Part shown: piece after piece, positions 23,086 to 36,090 of the stretch
Layout of the letters: the number at the start of each line of letters is the position of its first letter
How positions within the stretch are numbered: position 1 is the first letter of the stretch
Assembly: GCF_001194135.2 (NCBI RefSeq)
Contig: NC_068997.1
Location: 55,520,530-55,584,529 of the forward strand
Direction of reading: 5' to 3'
DNA length: 64,000 bases
Source of the DNA: Octopus bimaculoides
Lineage: Eukaryota
Made by a program: the position numbers and the translations under genes
The notes under the pieces: model-generated
What the model was told of the DNA's origin: nothing
What the model saw: only the letters and a program-made list of their open reading frames with translations
Database searches by the model: none

Positions 23086-24784
23086 ATTCATAACAGAAAT
23101 TTTATTGTACTGTTTCTGTTGACTTTAAGTTCCACCTAAAAAAGTGAAACTTAAGAGTTGCATTTGACAGATGTTTCACAATAAATGTGGTTCAACTCTC
23201 AGCAATAAGTCACTTCATCAGTAAGTATTCTGATGTTATTCTTGAAGTAGCTTTAAAATAATAACTTTACATAAACAGCAATTTTATATCTTTTTCTTTG
23301 ATAGAAGAAAAAAATTCTTGATTATCATAAATTTAGAAATAAGGAGTGATTGCTCTGATCTTTAAATTTCTTTATTACTCAGGATTTATTCCTTAAAACT
23401 TTTGTTAATAAAGGGCTCACAGAATAAACTCACAGAATAAGTACTTTCAGATTGTATCAACACCATTTTTATAATATTCTAGAAGTTAAGTTTATACAAC
23501 TTATAGATTTTCTCAAGATCATTAACTCACAACTGAATCAAATTTAAATGCTGGGCAACAGAAAAAGAATTTGCTTATTTAGCTTTATATTTTGCTGGAA
23601 ACAAGTTTGATGTCCAAGTTATTAGAATTGCAGAAACTGATCTTTTAGGCAAGAAAATTTGCCATCTTATCAATAGATTAAACTAAAATGATTGGTTCAA
23701 ATAAGTCATTTGATGTTGGAGGAGCAACTCAATTTCAATTTTGTATGTGCTTGGATTGGCTGCCAGTGGTTCCTGTCACAGACTAATTGCTTCTTGATTC
23801 AGGCATTTTACACAATATATTGGAAATCATCCAACTCTAAAATGTGTCTGCTGTCCATGAATAATAATCCATAGTCAGTTAATTAAATTCTGTCTTTATT
23901 GGGTCTATATATCGTTAAGAAGGAAATTTTCCAAATGGACTTCAACATAAACAAAAACCTAGACATTAATAGGAATCTCTCAAAGCAAGTTTATGCATGT
24001 AAACACACATGCATGCATGCACACGTGCAGGCACATTTGTATACATTCATGCATACATACATGCATAAACACTCAGTATTAATTCCCTTAAAGGCAACAA
24101 CTTATAATGGCAAAGATTTTATTGAGAACATATAAACTTATTCCCTTCGCAAAATTGTTAATAACATTGACAAACTATCATTTCTTGTGTAAAAATTAAT
24201 TTAGCTTTAAAAAGAAATATGAAAAAAATGAACCAAAAATCCAAACCAACTTAATCAAATTCCAATATCTTTGACACAGCATATTCTGATATATTCCATG
24301 TTTACATTTGGTTTCTATGAAGTAAAACTTGCAATAATTTATTATATTGTTTATCCTATTTTCTCATATCCATTGCATTATACAATCCAAATGCTTTCAT
24401 GTGTACTGTTTTCAAAGTATCATAGACACACTTTATTGTGTTAACTTTTGGATTTCGTTTGTTTTTACATTAGACACAATCTTTTTTACTGTTTAACTCA
24501 ATGAGTTTAAAGGTAAAACATTTTACATTAGTTTTGGTTTATTGTACAAGCATTAGACAGGAAATACAATCGAAATTGTTTTTTTAATTTTCAATTTTCT
24601 ATATTTTTTCACAGAAAATACTTCAAACTTCTAAATTTCATAGTTCTTTCCAACGAAACCATTATAATTATGACAACAAAAGAATTTAAACATTCCCCCA
24701 ACACCATATATTTTTAAGTAGCAGGTAAAAATATCTCTACAAGCTTTTTGATAGTTGAAAGAATTTTAGATATTGATATATTAG

Positions 24785-24945
24785 CGAATCAGGTAGATAG
24801 ACAGATAGTTAGATAGCTAGACACACAGACAGATAGGTAGATGGACAGACAGTTAACTATATATAGACAGACAGACATACAGATAGAGGCAAACAGACAG
24901 ATAGACCAATAAGCAGATATAAGAATAGGTAAACAGACAGATATA
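24785..24945. repeat. Degenerate (GATA)/(GACA) tetranucleotide repeat
   Basis: Visible in the sequence; similar fields at 26150-26290 and 33830-34085. Confidence 0.85.
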
Positions 24946-25451
24946 CAGCCTCAAAGTGGATAAAGTTATAAGTCTGAAGATCTTTTCAAAAAAAGAAGAA
25001 TTCAGTGCAATGTAGTATCAAAAGAATTTGAGAAATATTTTAGGGTGCAAGTGTAGTGTTAGGAGAATTCATCTCATGACTATTTGAAACAAATAAATTA
25101 TATGAATTATATTTAATTATACTTCAAACAAAACACAGCAGTTATTATTTAAAAACTGTAGAAAAATTTATACAAAATTTGCCTTCGGAGAACTAGCATT
25201 TCACTAAAAATAGAAGATTCTTCTCAAAATGCTTTTTTAATGCTAAATATGCAGAGAAAACTGTCACATAGAGGAATGGTAAAATAGAAGTTGCTTTCAG
25301 AAATGAATCTTTGTTTTCCATTAGTTGCTTCTCTAAAGAATGATAATAACCATGTAGAAATTATTATATGAGGTAGCTCTTTGGCTTTCTCTGAAAATGT
25401 ATGTTCCATAAAGTGAATAACTGCACCAGCTACCAAACTAAAACAACTTAC

Positions 25452-25478
25452 TGCACAAGAAATAGAAAAATGGAAGAT
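25452..25478 (-). other. Candidate 27-nt microexon (IFHFSISCA in phase 0)
   Basis: ATCATTTTTGCAG acceptor and GCA|GTAAGT donor; all three frames open; could be chance. Confidence 0.15.
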
Positions 25479-25588
25479 CTGCAAAAATGATAGTAATATT
25501 TCAGTAAAAGACTCCATGTTGGTGATATTACTCTTCCTCTACACAAATATATACACATAGATGCACGTGTCTATGTGCATGTATATGT

Positions 25589-25589
<1 letters not shown>

Positions 25590-25675
<86 letters not shown>
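25590..25675. repeat. (CA)n(TA)n microsatellite
   Basis: Directly visible. Confidence 0.95.
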
Positions 25676-25679
<4 letters not shown>

Positions 25680-25774
25680 TACATCCCTGTCTGGGCAATG
25701 AAAGGTCTTTGTATATTTCTGTTGGTTGTAATTATTCATACCCGTATGTAATTCCTGTCAAAGAATTACATACA

Positions 25775-25936
25775 GCACCCACTACACTCTTGGAGTAGTT
25801 GGCGTCAGGAAGGGCAACCAGCTTTAGAAACCTTGCCAGATCAGATTTACATCTGGTGCAGCCTTTTGGCTTGCCAGTCCTCAGTCAAACCGTCCAACCC
25901 ATGCCAGCATGGAAAGCAGACGTTAAACGATGATGA

Positions 25937-25940
<4 letters not shown>
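25775..25940 (+). mobile_element. RTE-LINE 3' UTR copy (family C), well preserved
   Basis: AGCACCCACTACACTCTTGGAGTAGTTGGCGTCAGGAAGGGCAACCAGC...AACCCATGCCAGCATGGAAAGCAGACGTTAAACGATGATGATGAT. Confidence 0.85.
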
Positions 25941-25995
<55 letters not shown>

Positions 25996-27149
25996 TACAT
26001 ATGCATAAATATTTACCGATATACATACACTCGAAATCTGTAAGATGAATCTTTTCCATTTACTTAATCTATCTCAAAATTTCATGATTTTACAAAAATA
26101 TTGTGAAACGGAAGGACCTGGAGGTACAATTATATCGATGGGATTGATAGCTGTGGAAGTATATGGATGTATAAATATATGGATGGATAGATAGATGGAT
26201 TAATTTATAGACAGAGGAATTGATAGGTGGATGGATAGATAGTTAGAGAGATATATAGATGGATATATGGATGGATAGAGATTGTCTACACACACAGACA
26301 CACATATACCAATGATTTAGGATAGATTCTAAGTATTTCTTGCATGATAACACTAATTCAAACTTAGTGCCAGGATAAGTTATGTCTCAGTGACAGTTTC
26401 TGTATTAAAAAACATTAAAATGGCTGCTTCTCTTTCTTTTATTTTTTGCAGTGTCACTTCTAAGTGATATATCTTCATGCCAAATGTGAAAATGCAACTG
26501 CTCCATTGAGAGTTTAGTTTGTTTCCAATCTAAATTTATCATACACATTTTACAGAAGCCTTAAATTATGTGAAATAACATCTCAGTTCACTAAAATAAA
26601 TAAGACATAATATATAGAAATAAAACAAATGCAGTTTGTTTTACTGGAAAAGAAGAAAAAAATATATATTATTTTCACTTAATGATTGAAGGAAAAAAAT
26701 TTTTAAACATTAATTAAAAAAAAAGTTATTAAATTCATTAAAGTAAATGAATGAAAATAGCTACATTTAGAACAGGGTTAAACAAGAAAGAGGTAAATGA
26801 TGTTTTCCTTCAATTTTTCTTCTTCAAGTGTTAATGTACTGCAATAATAATGATGATGATGATGATGATGATGAGTAGTTATTCCTGAGTAAAAATAAAA
26901 TTCTGCCAAATGATCGTAGTTTATGCAATAAGTTTTTCATTGAGACTTGTGAAAGAACAGCCCATTCCTTTTATAAGATGTATTTCAAGAACTTAATTAG
27001 TTTTTTTTTTATTTATTTATTTATTTATTTTTTTAAAGTGAAATTTGCTAGTTACAGCTTTTTATTCTCCTTTGCTGAGAATTCAAAAAAGATAGCATAT
27101 GAAAGTAATTAGCTGTGTTCAGNNNNNNNNNNCACACACACACAAAAAA

Positions 27150-27760
27150 AATGACAGAAAACATTTTAATGTATGTCAAGCTTTTCTGAATGGAAATGAA
27201 TTAAAATGAGCAGTGAAAGTGTCTTGATCAATTCCAGTTTGATGTACAATTTTAACACATTCAACGATTAAGCGTGTGTTTATTAAGTGGAGCTGAAATG
27301 GTAGAAGCAATCTTTTGTTGGTTTAATGATCCGAAAGTTAATTTTTCAGATAGATATCTCATCACTTCCTTCTGAAATTGTCACCAAACCTAGCATCTTT
27401 TAAAGGTGACTAACTCCTTAAATCAACACATCACCATATTCTTCAGTAAATTTTAAAATTTCATGTTTCACCTTTTTTTCTGCAACTAAAGATTCCTTCA
27501 TGTTACTTAGTCCAATTCTCTCAATCGAATATGTAACATCTAACAAGTTTTCTACAAACACAATTATCTGAATATCATATTTATTCCTTAGAGAGCTCCA
27601 TCTTTTATAAGACATCTCAACAGTTGCCAGAATACGAAATTTATGGTCTCTACCAAGTTCTTCAATAAAAGCATCACTAAATTATATATTAAAGGATTGA
27701 TGCGTATTTCTCATCTGCAACCATAAATCAACAATTGCCACAAGCGTCTCAGCTGTACAC
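27150..27760 (-). mobile_element. Decayed Ginger/KRBA2-like integrase fragment
   Basis: ORF 27418-27615 reads SYKRWSSLRNKYDIQIIVFVENLLDVTYSIERIGLSNMKE, resembling (D)YRRLKRYD...V.xEELFDxxxxxHxxIGHxG; stops in the flanks. Confidence 0.4.
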
Positions 27761-27924
27761 TGTTTATTGTGTTTTCAATATTACAACCAACACATCTTTG
27801 CTATTCAGTCTATGACTTTTCTGATGTCATAAATGTTTTCGTATTATTTATAATTTATTGACCAATAAAAAATTTTCAGGGCAATTTTGTAAAGCTGGAA
27901 CACCACCACCACCACCACCACCAC

Positions 27925-28350
27925 CATCATCATTATCATCTGAACATCCACTTTTCCATACTTGTATGAGTCAAACAGAATATGTTGAGGTAAATTTTCT
28001 ACCACTGGATGCTCTTCCTTTCACCAACCCTTGCTTGTAATGCCTGTTTCCATGCAAGAAGTTTCTATGGAAGATTCAAAATGACACTGCTTACAACTAC
28101 AATGTCATGCTAAAATAAGGAAAGTCAAATCATCTACCCACTACACACACACACACACAAATACATGCATTTACACACACACACAATGGGCTCCTTCCAG
28201 TTTCCATCAACCAAATCCAGTGATAAGGCTTTTGTCAACCTCTGGTTATTGTGGGAGACATTTGGCCAAGGGTTGCATTAGTGGGACCGAACCCAAAACT
28301 CCATGGTTAAGATGCAATGTTCTCAACCACACAGCCAAGCCTGTTCCTGC
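27925..28350 (-). mobile_element. Family G tail (27925-28070) and family A 5' half (28185-28350)
   Basis: CATCATC...CACTTTTCCATACTTGTATGAGTCAAACAG...CTGGATGCTCTTCCTTTCACCAACC; GGGCTCCTTCCAGTTTCCATCAACCAAATCC...GGCCAAGGG...TTCTCAACCACACAGCC. Confidence 0.7.
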
Positions 28351-28460
28351 ATTAATGAAATAATATATTTTTTCACGAGCTGTGTTCGTAGGTGGGTTTA
28401 ATTACAATACCATTTCCATAGTAAAATTTCAATGTTACAATGGTTGTGACTTCCAGTTAG

Positions 28461-28630
28461 TTATTGACTCACTCAATTATTATTTGTGGCTTATTATTTC
28501 ATCTACTAATTACTTGCAGATTATTACCTCACTCCCTAATTACTCATGCATTATTAGTTCTTCCATTAATTACTTGTGAATTTTTAGCTCACCCACTAAT
28601 TATATGTGAGTCATTAGCTGTACTCACCTG
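28461..28630. repeat. 30-bp minisatellite, about 5.5 diverged copies
   Basis: Units start at 28461, 28491, 28521, 28551, 28581 and 28611; approximate consensus TTATTAGCTCACYCACTAATTACTTGTGVA. Confidence 0.9.
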
Positions 28631-29482
28631 TGTGCACTTCACAAACTACAAGTCAATCTCTATATTCACAGCAAACTTATCACATACTCTATATTTCCAA
28701 CACAGCTCTGTAGCTGTTTTTCTATTAAATATTCCTACAAAACACGAAACACTAACAACTTAAGCTCCATATAAACCATCTCACTTATAGGAGAAAACAC
28801 AGACTGTGAGCAATATTCTTCAAATTCTGACGTAAAGATAAAAACAATAAATAAGATAAATACAAAAAAATAAATCCTACAAAGTACTTTCATTCCTAAC
28901 AGCAGAATCGTTTGATTTTCAATTGTTTTTCTTGGAGCAGTTTGTGTTTAGAAGAACATGACATGTTCTTAAATAATCTAGTATGATAAATGTCTATCCT
29001 GGTTATTACTTTTACATTCTCTCATTTAAATACTCATTCTTTGCCACTTATGCAAATCTATGTTCATGTTGATATATATATATATATATATANNNNNNNN
29101 NNNNNNNNNNNNNNNNNNNNNNNNNNNNNNNNNNNNNNNNNNNNNNNNNNNNNNNNNNNNNNNNNNNNNNNNNNNNNNNNNNNNNNNNNNNNNNNNNNNN
29201 NNNNNNNNNNNNNNNNNNNNNNNNNNNNNNNNNNNNNNNNNNNNNNNNNNNNNNNNNNNNNNNNNNNNNNNNNNNNNNNNNNNNNNNNNNNNNNNNNNNN
29301 NNNNNNNNNNNNNNNNNNNNNNNNNNNNNNNNNNNNNNNNNNNNNNNNNNNNNNNNNNNNNNNNNNNNNNNNNNNNNNNNNNNNNNNNNNNNNNNNNNNN
29401 NNNNNNNNNNNNNNNNNNNNNNNNNNNNNNNNNNNNNNNNNNNNNNNNNNNNNNNNNNNNNNNNNNNNNNNNNNNNNNNNNN

Positions 29483-29562
<80 letters not shown>

Positions 29563-29564
<2 letters not shown>

Positions 29565-29937
29565 CAACCTCAGAAAGCTCAAGCATTCAGGTGAGATGAT
29601 AAAGGATCGAGATACCTGGTACTTTGCCATGCTCAAGAAGACCTGCACCCTGCAGCAGAAATGTTAATACCAATCCTGCTGGTGGTGTAAATCACTCATG
29701 GCAGTGCCATGTAAAAGTGCCTTTGTGGGGTCTATAAAAGCACCTACGTGGTGCCGCGTAAAAGCACCCATGACACACTGTAAAATTGTTGGTGCTAGGA
29801 AGGGTGTTCAACCGTAGAAACCATGCCAAATCAGACTGGAGTCTGGTGCAGTTCCCCAGCTTGCCTCTTCTAGTCACACTGTCCAACCCATGCCAGCATG
29901 GAGAACGTATGTTACATGATGATAATGATGATGATGA
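29563..29937 (+). mobile_element. 5'-truncated RTE-LINE (family C): ORF2 C-terminus, 3' UTR and (GAT)n tail
   Basis: NNLRKLKHSGEMIKDRDTWYFAMLKKT (RTE end ...DLRxLxLTEEMTxDRxxWR.AV.EKT) runs directly into the family C UTR and GATAATGATGATGAT tail. Confidence 0.75.
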
Positions 29938-32299
29938 GATATATATATATATATATATACATACACACATATATCTGTATAGTTGTTTGAGAATACTGTG
30001 TTAAGAGATAAAATGCTTTTAATATATTAATCAATGAATAACTTTTCTGAAATTCGCATCTAATTAAAGATTTATATATTTTCTGTTTTACATCTTAAAT
30101 TTTCATTTTTCCATTTGCAAAGGCAAATATGAAGTTGCATATTCAAATATTTACACATAATTCAAAAATGGTGAAAATAAGGAAGAATAAAAGGTTCTCA
30201 AGAGAACCTTATATTATCATTTTATCTGGGTCAATGCTTTTGTTGATAAGTAAAACTAAAAGACCAGTGCCAATTCTGGTACAAAATGAGATGTGTCTTA
30301 AATTCAAGCAATAAACAGTTATTTAATGGTGAGCATACAAAGTAAACATTTAAAGATGGTATCTGATGCATATTAATGTAGAATAAATTAAAAAAAAAAA
30401 ATTCGCATGAAAGGTCTTCAAGTAACTTTAGTCTTTGCAAAAGCAGTGTTTAAACAAAGTGATGAAGAATAACAGAACCCATTATCCTTCATACTTGTGT
30501 ATTGTTTGAAGATATGGGTGATCACAGTTTGATTTAAGTCTTCAGGTTACTGCTTTTCTTTGCTGTGAGAAATATGAATGGAACAGCTTTGAATGACAAT
30601 TTCTCACTACACATTCACAATAGATATACACACAGAGGTTTCCATATTTCTATAAATTCCCCCTTTTAATGCATAAACCAATGTAAAAACAAACAATGTT
30701 CAGTTAAGTTCAATGTTGATTTTTCTCTAATATTTGGTATGCTCTTAGTAATTCTTGGAAGCAGGAAAAAGAAATAAGACTCCAACAGAGTCAAAAGTAC
30801 AGAGTGTAATTTAATAACAATTATCAATGATTTATTTAAAAAAACAAACTATCATTCATGATAAATATAAGCAGGCAGGTGAAAACTAAATTGTCTATTA
30901 TACAAGATATTCATCATGTGTCTACTGAAGATAATGTTTATACCAAGATGTTTGACTAGGTCTATCTTTGTGGAACATTGTGACTGATTATATTCCTGGT
31001 AGAGACAATGGAAGGTGAAGCTGTGGCTAACATTAATTTTGCTAATTAAAACTGGAAACCTTAAAAGTTGTATAATTTTCTGAAATAATTACTAAGATAC
31101 AGCAAGCTTATCTATCAGGGTTAGTTTCACTTCCTTAATCCATTCGAAAATGTTAAAAGTTCTTGTCGTATTTGGTATATAAATGTTACTATTACTATGA
31201 TAGGAGTAAAGAGGAACTGCTAGAGATTACAGACTATTAAAATTAACGAATCCAGTAATGAAAATAGTAGAAAAGGTCTTAATGAAGTCAGTGTAGGCGA
31301 ATAGATTTGGACACACACAAATTTGTGAGCGTTATGACTAAAGATACTGCAGCCATAACAGTTCTGTCTTTTGTCTCCAGTTTTTGACTATAAACTGCAT
31401 CATCAAATGTCCTTTCTTTGTTTTGAAAGAGAATGACATGGCTTAAAGTGACTATGTTTGCAAGATGAGCAACTACATCAGTTTAAACATTTTGTGTTTT
31501 TACATGGATGTGCTGTCATAAATGGTATATACCATAAGGCAAAAGAGGCACAGATTATTGACTGAGAAACTTAATGAATGATAATAATGCCAAATATTTA
31601 TGAATGATTTGTAAGAGTAGCTCAGAGAATATAAGAGAGTACAGAACATTCAGATCAGGGAAGATTCTCAGCTTGCTCAGTCTAAATTACCAACTTTGTA
31701 TTTTAAACATTCACAGATGATAAACTTAAAAAAAGGATTTAGTTTTCAAATTTTGTTCCTCTTTTATTTCTGTATTTCCAAATAAAAGAATTTGTGTTGT
31801 CTTTTGTCGATACAAAGGTTTTACATAGAGTTTTACGAATAAAATCAATATCGAATTGAGTTTTGACATAATCTTCAGGAACAGATTCTTCTCTGAAATA
31901 TTTTATAATTCAATATACAAATGTTATAAGATGAATAAATATAATATCAAAGTATAGATACAGTATCACGTTATAAATATAATATATAAAGGGAATTATT
32001 TGCTAGCAAATACCAATATAGAATGTATTCTATGTTACAGATGATACAATTCAAAAAAAGCAACTAGATGAAAGAAAAATCTAAAATTTTAGATTAATTA
32101 ATCATTTTACAATATCAAATCAAATTCAATGTTGGTAACTGACTTGTAATGCAAAAGCAACAATATTTCAGAAATTTAAGCTATGATTAGATTTAACCAA
32201 GTTCTTCAAAGTTACATTTTCACTACGGCTGTCACAAAGTTTCCTTTTATATCATATTTCTAGTTTTCACATTATTCAATATGACAAGAACACATTTCT

Positions 32300-32555
32300 A
32301 AAGAGTTTGTGATACTGCTAACCACACCTATTTTCAGTGGTACAACCTGTCTAAAACTGCCCTGCTTCTATGAATAATGCGTCCTGTTTAAAGTGAGTTA
32401 AATTAAAATAATCTTTCAAAATTCCATGCTAGTTTATATTCAAAATACCCATTTAATAAAAACAAAGGCCTTTTATTAATTGCTTCATTGTTTTCAGAAT
32501 TAATTAAAAGACAAAGAACCTATTTCAACAAATGTTTTTTGCAAAAGAGTAAAGA
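32300..32555 (-). mobile_element. Family D MITE, reverse orientation, degenerate
   Basis: TTTGTGATACTGCTAACC...CTAAAACTGCCCTGCTTCTATG...TTTTCAGAATTAATTAAAAGACAAAG...TATTTCAACAAATG is the reverse complement of the D layout. Confidence 0.55.
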
Positions 32556-32871
32556 AATTCTTTTAACACATTGTTATTTTTATTTATAATTTTTTATATG
32601 ATTCTTATGATAATAGTATAAATATTAAAACTAAAAGAGCAGTAATAAATTGTCAACGTCTTACTTTCTCTGTCTACAAGTCAATGCTGAGTAGAGCTGA
32701 CACAACAGGGCACTGATCAGCTAACGTAAAGATCAACAATTCAAATCCTGTCATTGGATACATTTTAGGTCTCCAATCTCAAAACTAATATGACCTGGTC
32801 TACCAATGTCTACACAAGTACCATAGTATTGTGTAATACATTGTTGTATGCAATAGTATACCTCAAAAGTT

Positions 32872-33060
32872 GTGTGTGATATCTTTATATGTTCTAAGTT
32901 CAATTCTGACTATGAGAAAGTTGTGATAGATGAGTGCTATGTCCGAGGGAGATTAATTCATAATCTGCTTAATACCATAACAACTAATGGTGAGCTTTGC
33001 GCTAGAGAACCCATAGGAAATGTAAAAGAATTGACTAAGAAAACAGTAATTCAGGAGTGA
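32872..33060 (+). mobile_element. Possible decayed L1/Tx1-type RT fragment
   Basis: KFNSDYEKVV...ECYVRGRLIHNLL resembles LLNxDYKIxxKxL...QxGFVxGRxIxDNL; weak match. Confidence 0.3.
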
Positions 33061-33829
33061 TCTTATGAATTTCTGATAGTCTATAGGAATGATGCAACCC
33101 TGTTCTCTGAAATAATATTTAATCTAGCCAAAGATTATGCCAAAATATCATGGCTAAAGATAATCAGATGTTATAAAAATGAAGTTAAGATAGAAACACA
33201 AGTGAAGATGCTAATGTGCTCAAACCTCATACTAAAATTGCTGTGCAGCTTGGTTTAAATTTCAGAAATGCCTTTCACAAACTATTTCTAGACACAAATA
33301 GGATATATATACTTTTTCTGTAACTATGAATAACAAAACAGTTCAATTTAGTTTTTATACTTTTATCACGAAATGAAGCAAACAAAATTGAAATTCTAAT
33401 TTCAAGATATTTTGAGTGAAATTTCATTTCCAAATAATATTTTTCCATTAAAATCTCATTAAATAGAACTTCTGTAATATTCACATATCATATTTGTTAT
33501 TACACATGAAAATAATTTAATTTAGTTAAATAAATATAGATATTTAGATGGTGTATTTTAAAACATATTAATGAAATAACACAAGTTATGGATGAAGTTG
33601 AGACATGGTAAATTCCTGGCAAGACAGCAAGTAGGTAGTAAACTGTTTACTGTTTAGTACATGGAGAAAAGACTTGTGGAAACAGAAGCAGCTGGATAAG
33701 GTTAAACCATTTTTTATTCAGGTGGAATATTATTTCTTGAAGGTTTTGGGGCAGCAAGAAAAAAGAATCAAAGAGGCCCAGTGAAATGTGATGAAGAGAA
33801 ACATGGCTTTAGGAAAGAAAAAAAGAAGA

Positions 33830-34085
33830 TAGAGAGATGGATGGTTGGATTGATGGGTGGATGGATAGATAGATAGATGAATAAGTTGACAAACAGAAAG
33901 ACACACAGGTAGAGAGATAGGATAGACAAAAAGGTAGGCAAGCAGACAGGGGAGAGAGAGGGGGAGAGACAGAGGCAGAGAGACTGGCTGACAAATAGAT
34001 AGGCAGAGAGAGATAGGACAGACAGACAGGAAGGCAAACAGAAGAGAGAGAGAGAGAGTGGGGAGGGATAGATAGACAGACTGAC
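33830..34085. repeat. Degenerate (GATA)/(GACA)/(GA) field
   Basis: Visible in the sequence; explains the Leu/Ser/Cys-rich minus ORFs at 33730-34194. Confidence 0.9.
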
Positions 34086-34621
34086 ACACAACATAACCTA
34101 TTACTACTGTGTTAGAAGAGGTAAAAATGAGTACAGCTTTGGAGGTGGCTAAATGACTAAAAAGGTGTATGTTGGTGAGAGAAAGTTTGGCCATCAGAGT
34201 GAATAGATGTCATCCATATTGTAAGAGATCGTAAAGTGATCACATACCCCCACAGGCATGAATAATATTGCAGTTGAGATTGAACCAATGCCTTATATAT
34301 ATATATAGTTAGTAGCTGTTTCGGTTTGAAAATAGTGTTCTGACTCCCAGCTCAAAAGAAAATAGAATATAATCAGGATTCAGCACTCACTGTAAAAAAG
34401 GCTATCAGCCAGTATAGTAAAATATAGTTTGAAGGAGATTTTGCTTTCTATTTTCAGCAGGTTGTGTGGCTGCATAAAGGTTCCTTAGTTAGCTTGTATA
34501 TTCTTTTGTTTTCACTTGTTATGAAAAGTAAATTTGTTTTCCTATCAAATGGAATCTGTAGCATCCAAACATTGTGTCTGGAGAAGATAAAGCTTCCTTT
34601 AATAAATGATTCTTCATTCAT

Positions 34622-34637
34622 TTGTTGTTGTTGTTTA

Positions 34638-34685
<48 letters not shown>

Positions 34686-34690
34686 TTATT
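34622..34690. repeat. (TTG)n(ATT)n trinucleotide microsatellite
   Basis: Directly visible; similar runs at 799-846, 20850-20885 and 43577-43643. Confidence 0.95.
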
Positions 34691-35289
34691 TGTCCATATA
34701 GAAATAGAGAAATGAACAATTTTCCTATTTATGAGATTCAGAAAAGCGATAGTCACACAGTAAGGCTGGTGTGAATGTTTATTCTTAAAATTTTGACCAT
34801 CAAGCAGTGTGGTACATTAATCTTTTCAAAAATTAAACAAATATATCAATCTGGTAAAAGCAAACTACATGAGTTGTAAAAGACACTACAGAAATATAAA
34901 AATGTGTACACAACATAAAATTGCATTCATTAATTTAATATAGATACATATTAAAGCTAAAAATGCAATGATATGATTTATTTAAAAGTTTCCTTATCTC
35001 AACTCACTATTTCTATAATACAACAAAATTTTAAACTTCTACCACAAATTGTGTGGTGTTACTAAAATAGCACACCACTAAATGAATCTCAATTCTATAA
35101 TTCTTTCAAAATTCTATATATTTCAAAATTGCTGTATTCAAAAATTTCTAAATAAACAATTGTGATTATGGTAGCTACATCTATTTTCAATTATACTCGT
35201 ATTAATTTCAAGAATTACAAAATTCTTTCAACATCTTGCTACACTAGTTAACATTTTAAAATAATTTCCAGTGGAAAAGCATTAAAATC

Positions 35290-35560
35290 ATCATCACTTC
35301 CATCATTATTTTAATGTGCACTTTTCTATGCAAGCATAAGTCAGACAAAATTTGTTGTGGCAGATTTTCTATGGCTGAGTACACTTCCTGTCACCAATCC
35401 TCACCTGCTTCCAAGCAAAATAATATTTCCCTATGGCCAAACCTTTTTTTATGAAAGACTAAACAGAGAGCGCACCACTGGTGTAACAGTAATACTTGCT
35501 TACAGCTAACATGTGACACGAAGACAAGGAGGCATGAATACCCTCCCCTCCACACAGAGG
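35290..35560 (-). mobile_element. Family G (RTE-type tail) copy
   Basis: CATCATTATTTTAATGTGCACTTTTCTATGCAAGCATAAGTCAGAC...CTTCCTGTCACCAATCCTCACCTGCTTCCAAGC. Confidence 0.7.
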
Positions 35561-35964
35561 TTTGGTAGTATGCAAATAACACTTTTCTAGAATGCAATAA
35601 TAAAGTCAAAAACCAGGTCAAAATTGACTGATATTCATCTGGAAGACAATTAATGAGTCGCAACATTGCAAATTCTTGTAAAAATTGAGAAACTTATAGG
35701 AAGTACACAAGTTTCCAAGTTTCTCATTGAGATTCATCAGTAAGTTATTTCTCTTTGCATCAATACCAAATGGATGATAAAATACGATGTTTCTTGTCTG
35801 CACTTTGTCAGGCAGTGTTTTAGTCATTGTCTGTGGTTTAATTGGACAATTTTCCTCATCTATGCTGTTCTTATTTTCCCTTTGATTTTGTATGGTTATA
35901 CTTCAAATCAAATTAATTTGTTTTTCAAATATTTCTTTTTCTTTTTTTCTTAGTTTCTTCCCTC

Positions 35965-36090
35965 AAGCTACTATAAATAGCAGCCAGATCTTACCTGAAT
36001 CACACCTTGCTTGATTAAAAAAGAAAAAAATCAGTTCCTGTTAATCTTAAGTTTGTTGGAGCAAGGCTGATCAAAGGTCACACTAGAACG
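35965..36090 (-). mobile_element. Family E fragment
   Basis: AAATAGCAGCCAGATCTTACCTGAATCACACC...GGCTGATCAAAGGTC...GAACGACTAC. Confidence 0.5.

Noticed and set aside
23417-23442. Short direct duplications (CTCACAGAATAA x2; also 11810-11830, 48723-48760, 55507-55537, and (AGTAATT)x4 at 53434-53460)
   Set aside because: Ordinary slippage duplications with no enclosed element to make them TSDs.
28461-28630. CRISPR-like array (also considered for 18919-18994 and 22549-22646)
   Set aside because: Units are contiguous or separated by simple repeats with no unique spacers; there are no cas genes and the context is eukaryotic.
28990-29667. Long ORFs of 179-225 aa (likewise 48875-49512, 42773-43025, 62850-63173, 18774-18959)
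   Set aside because: They are open only because they run through N-gaps and (TA)n/(GA)n; only the last ~30 aa of 28990-29667 are meaningful (RTE C-terminus).
33730-34194. 154-, 108- and 92-aa Leu/Ser/Cys-rich ORFs that look like membrane proteins
   Set aside because: Antisense translation of a degenerate GATA/GACA/GA repeat.
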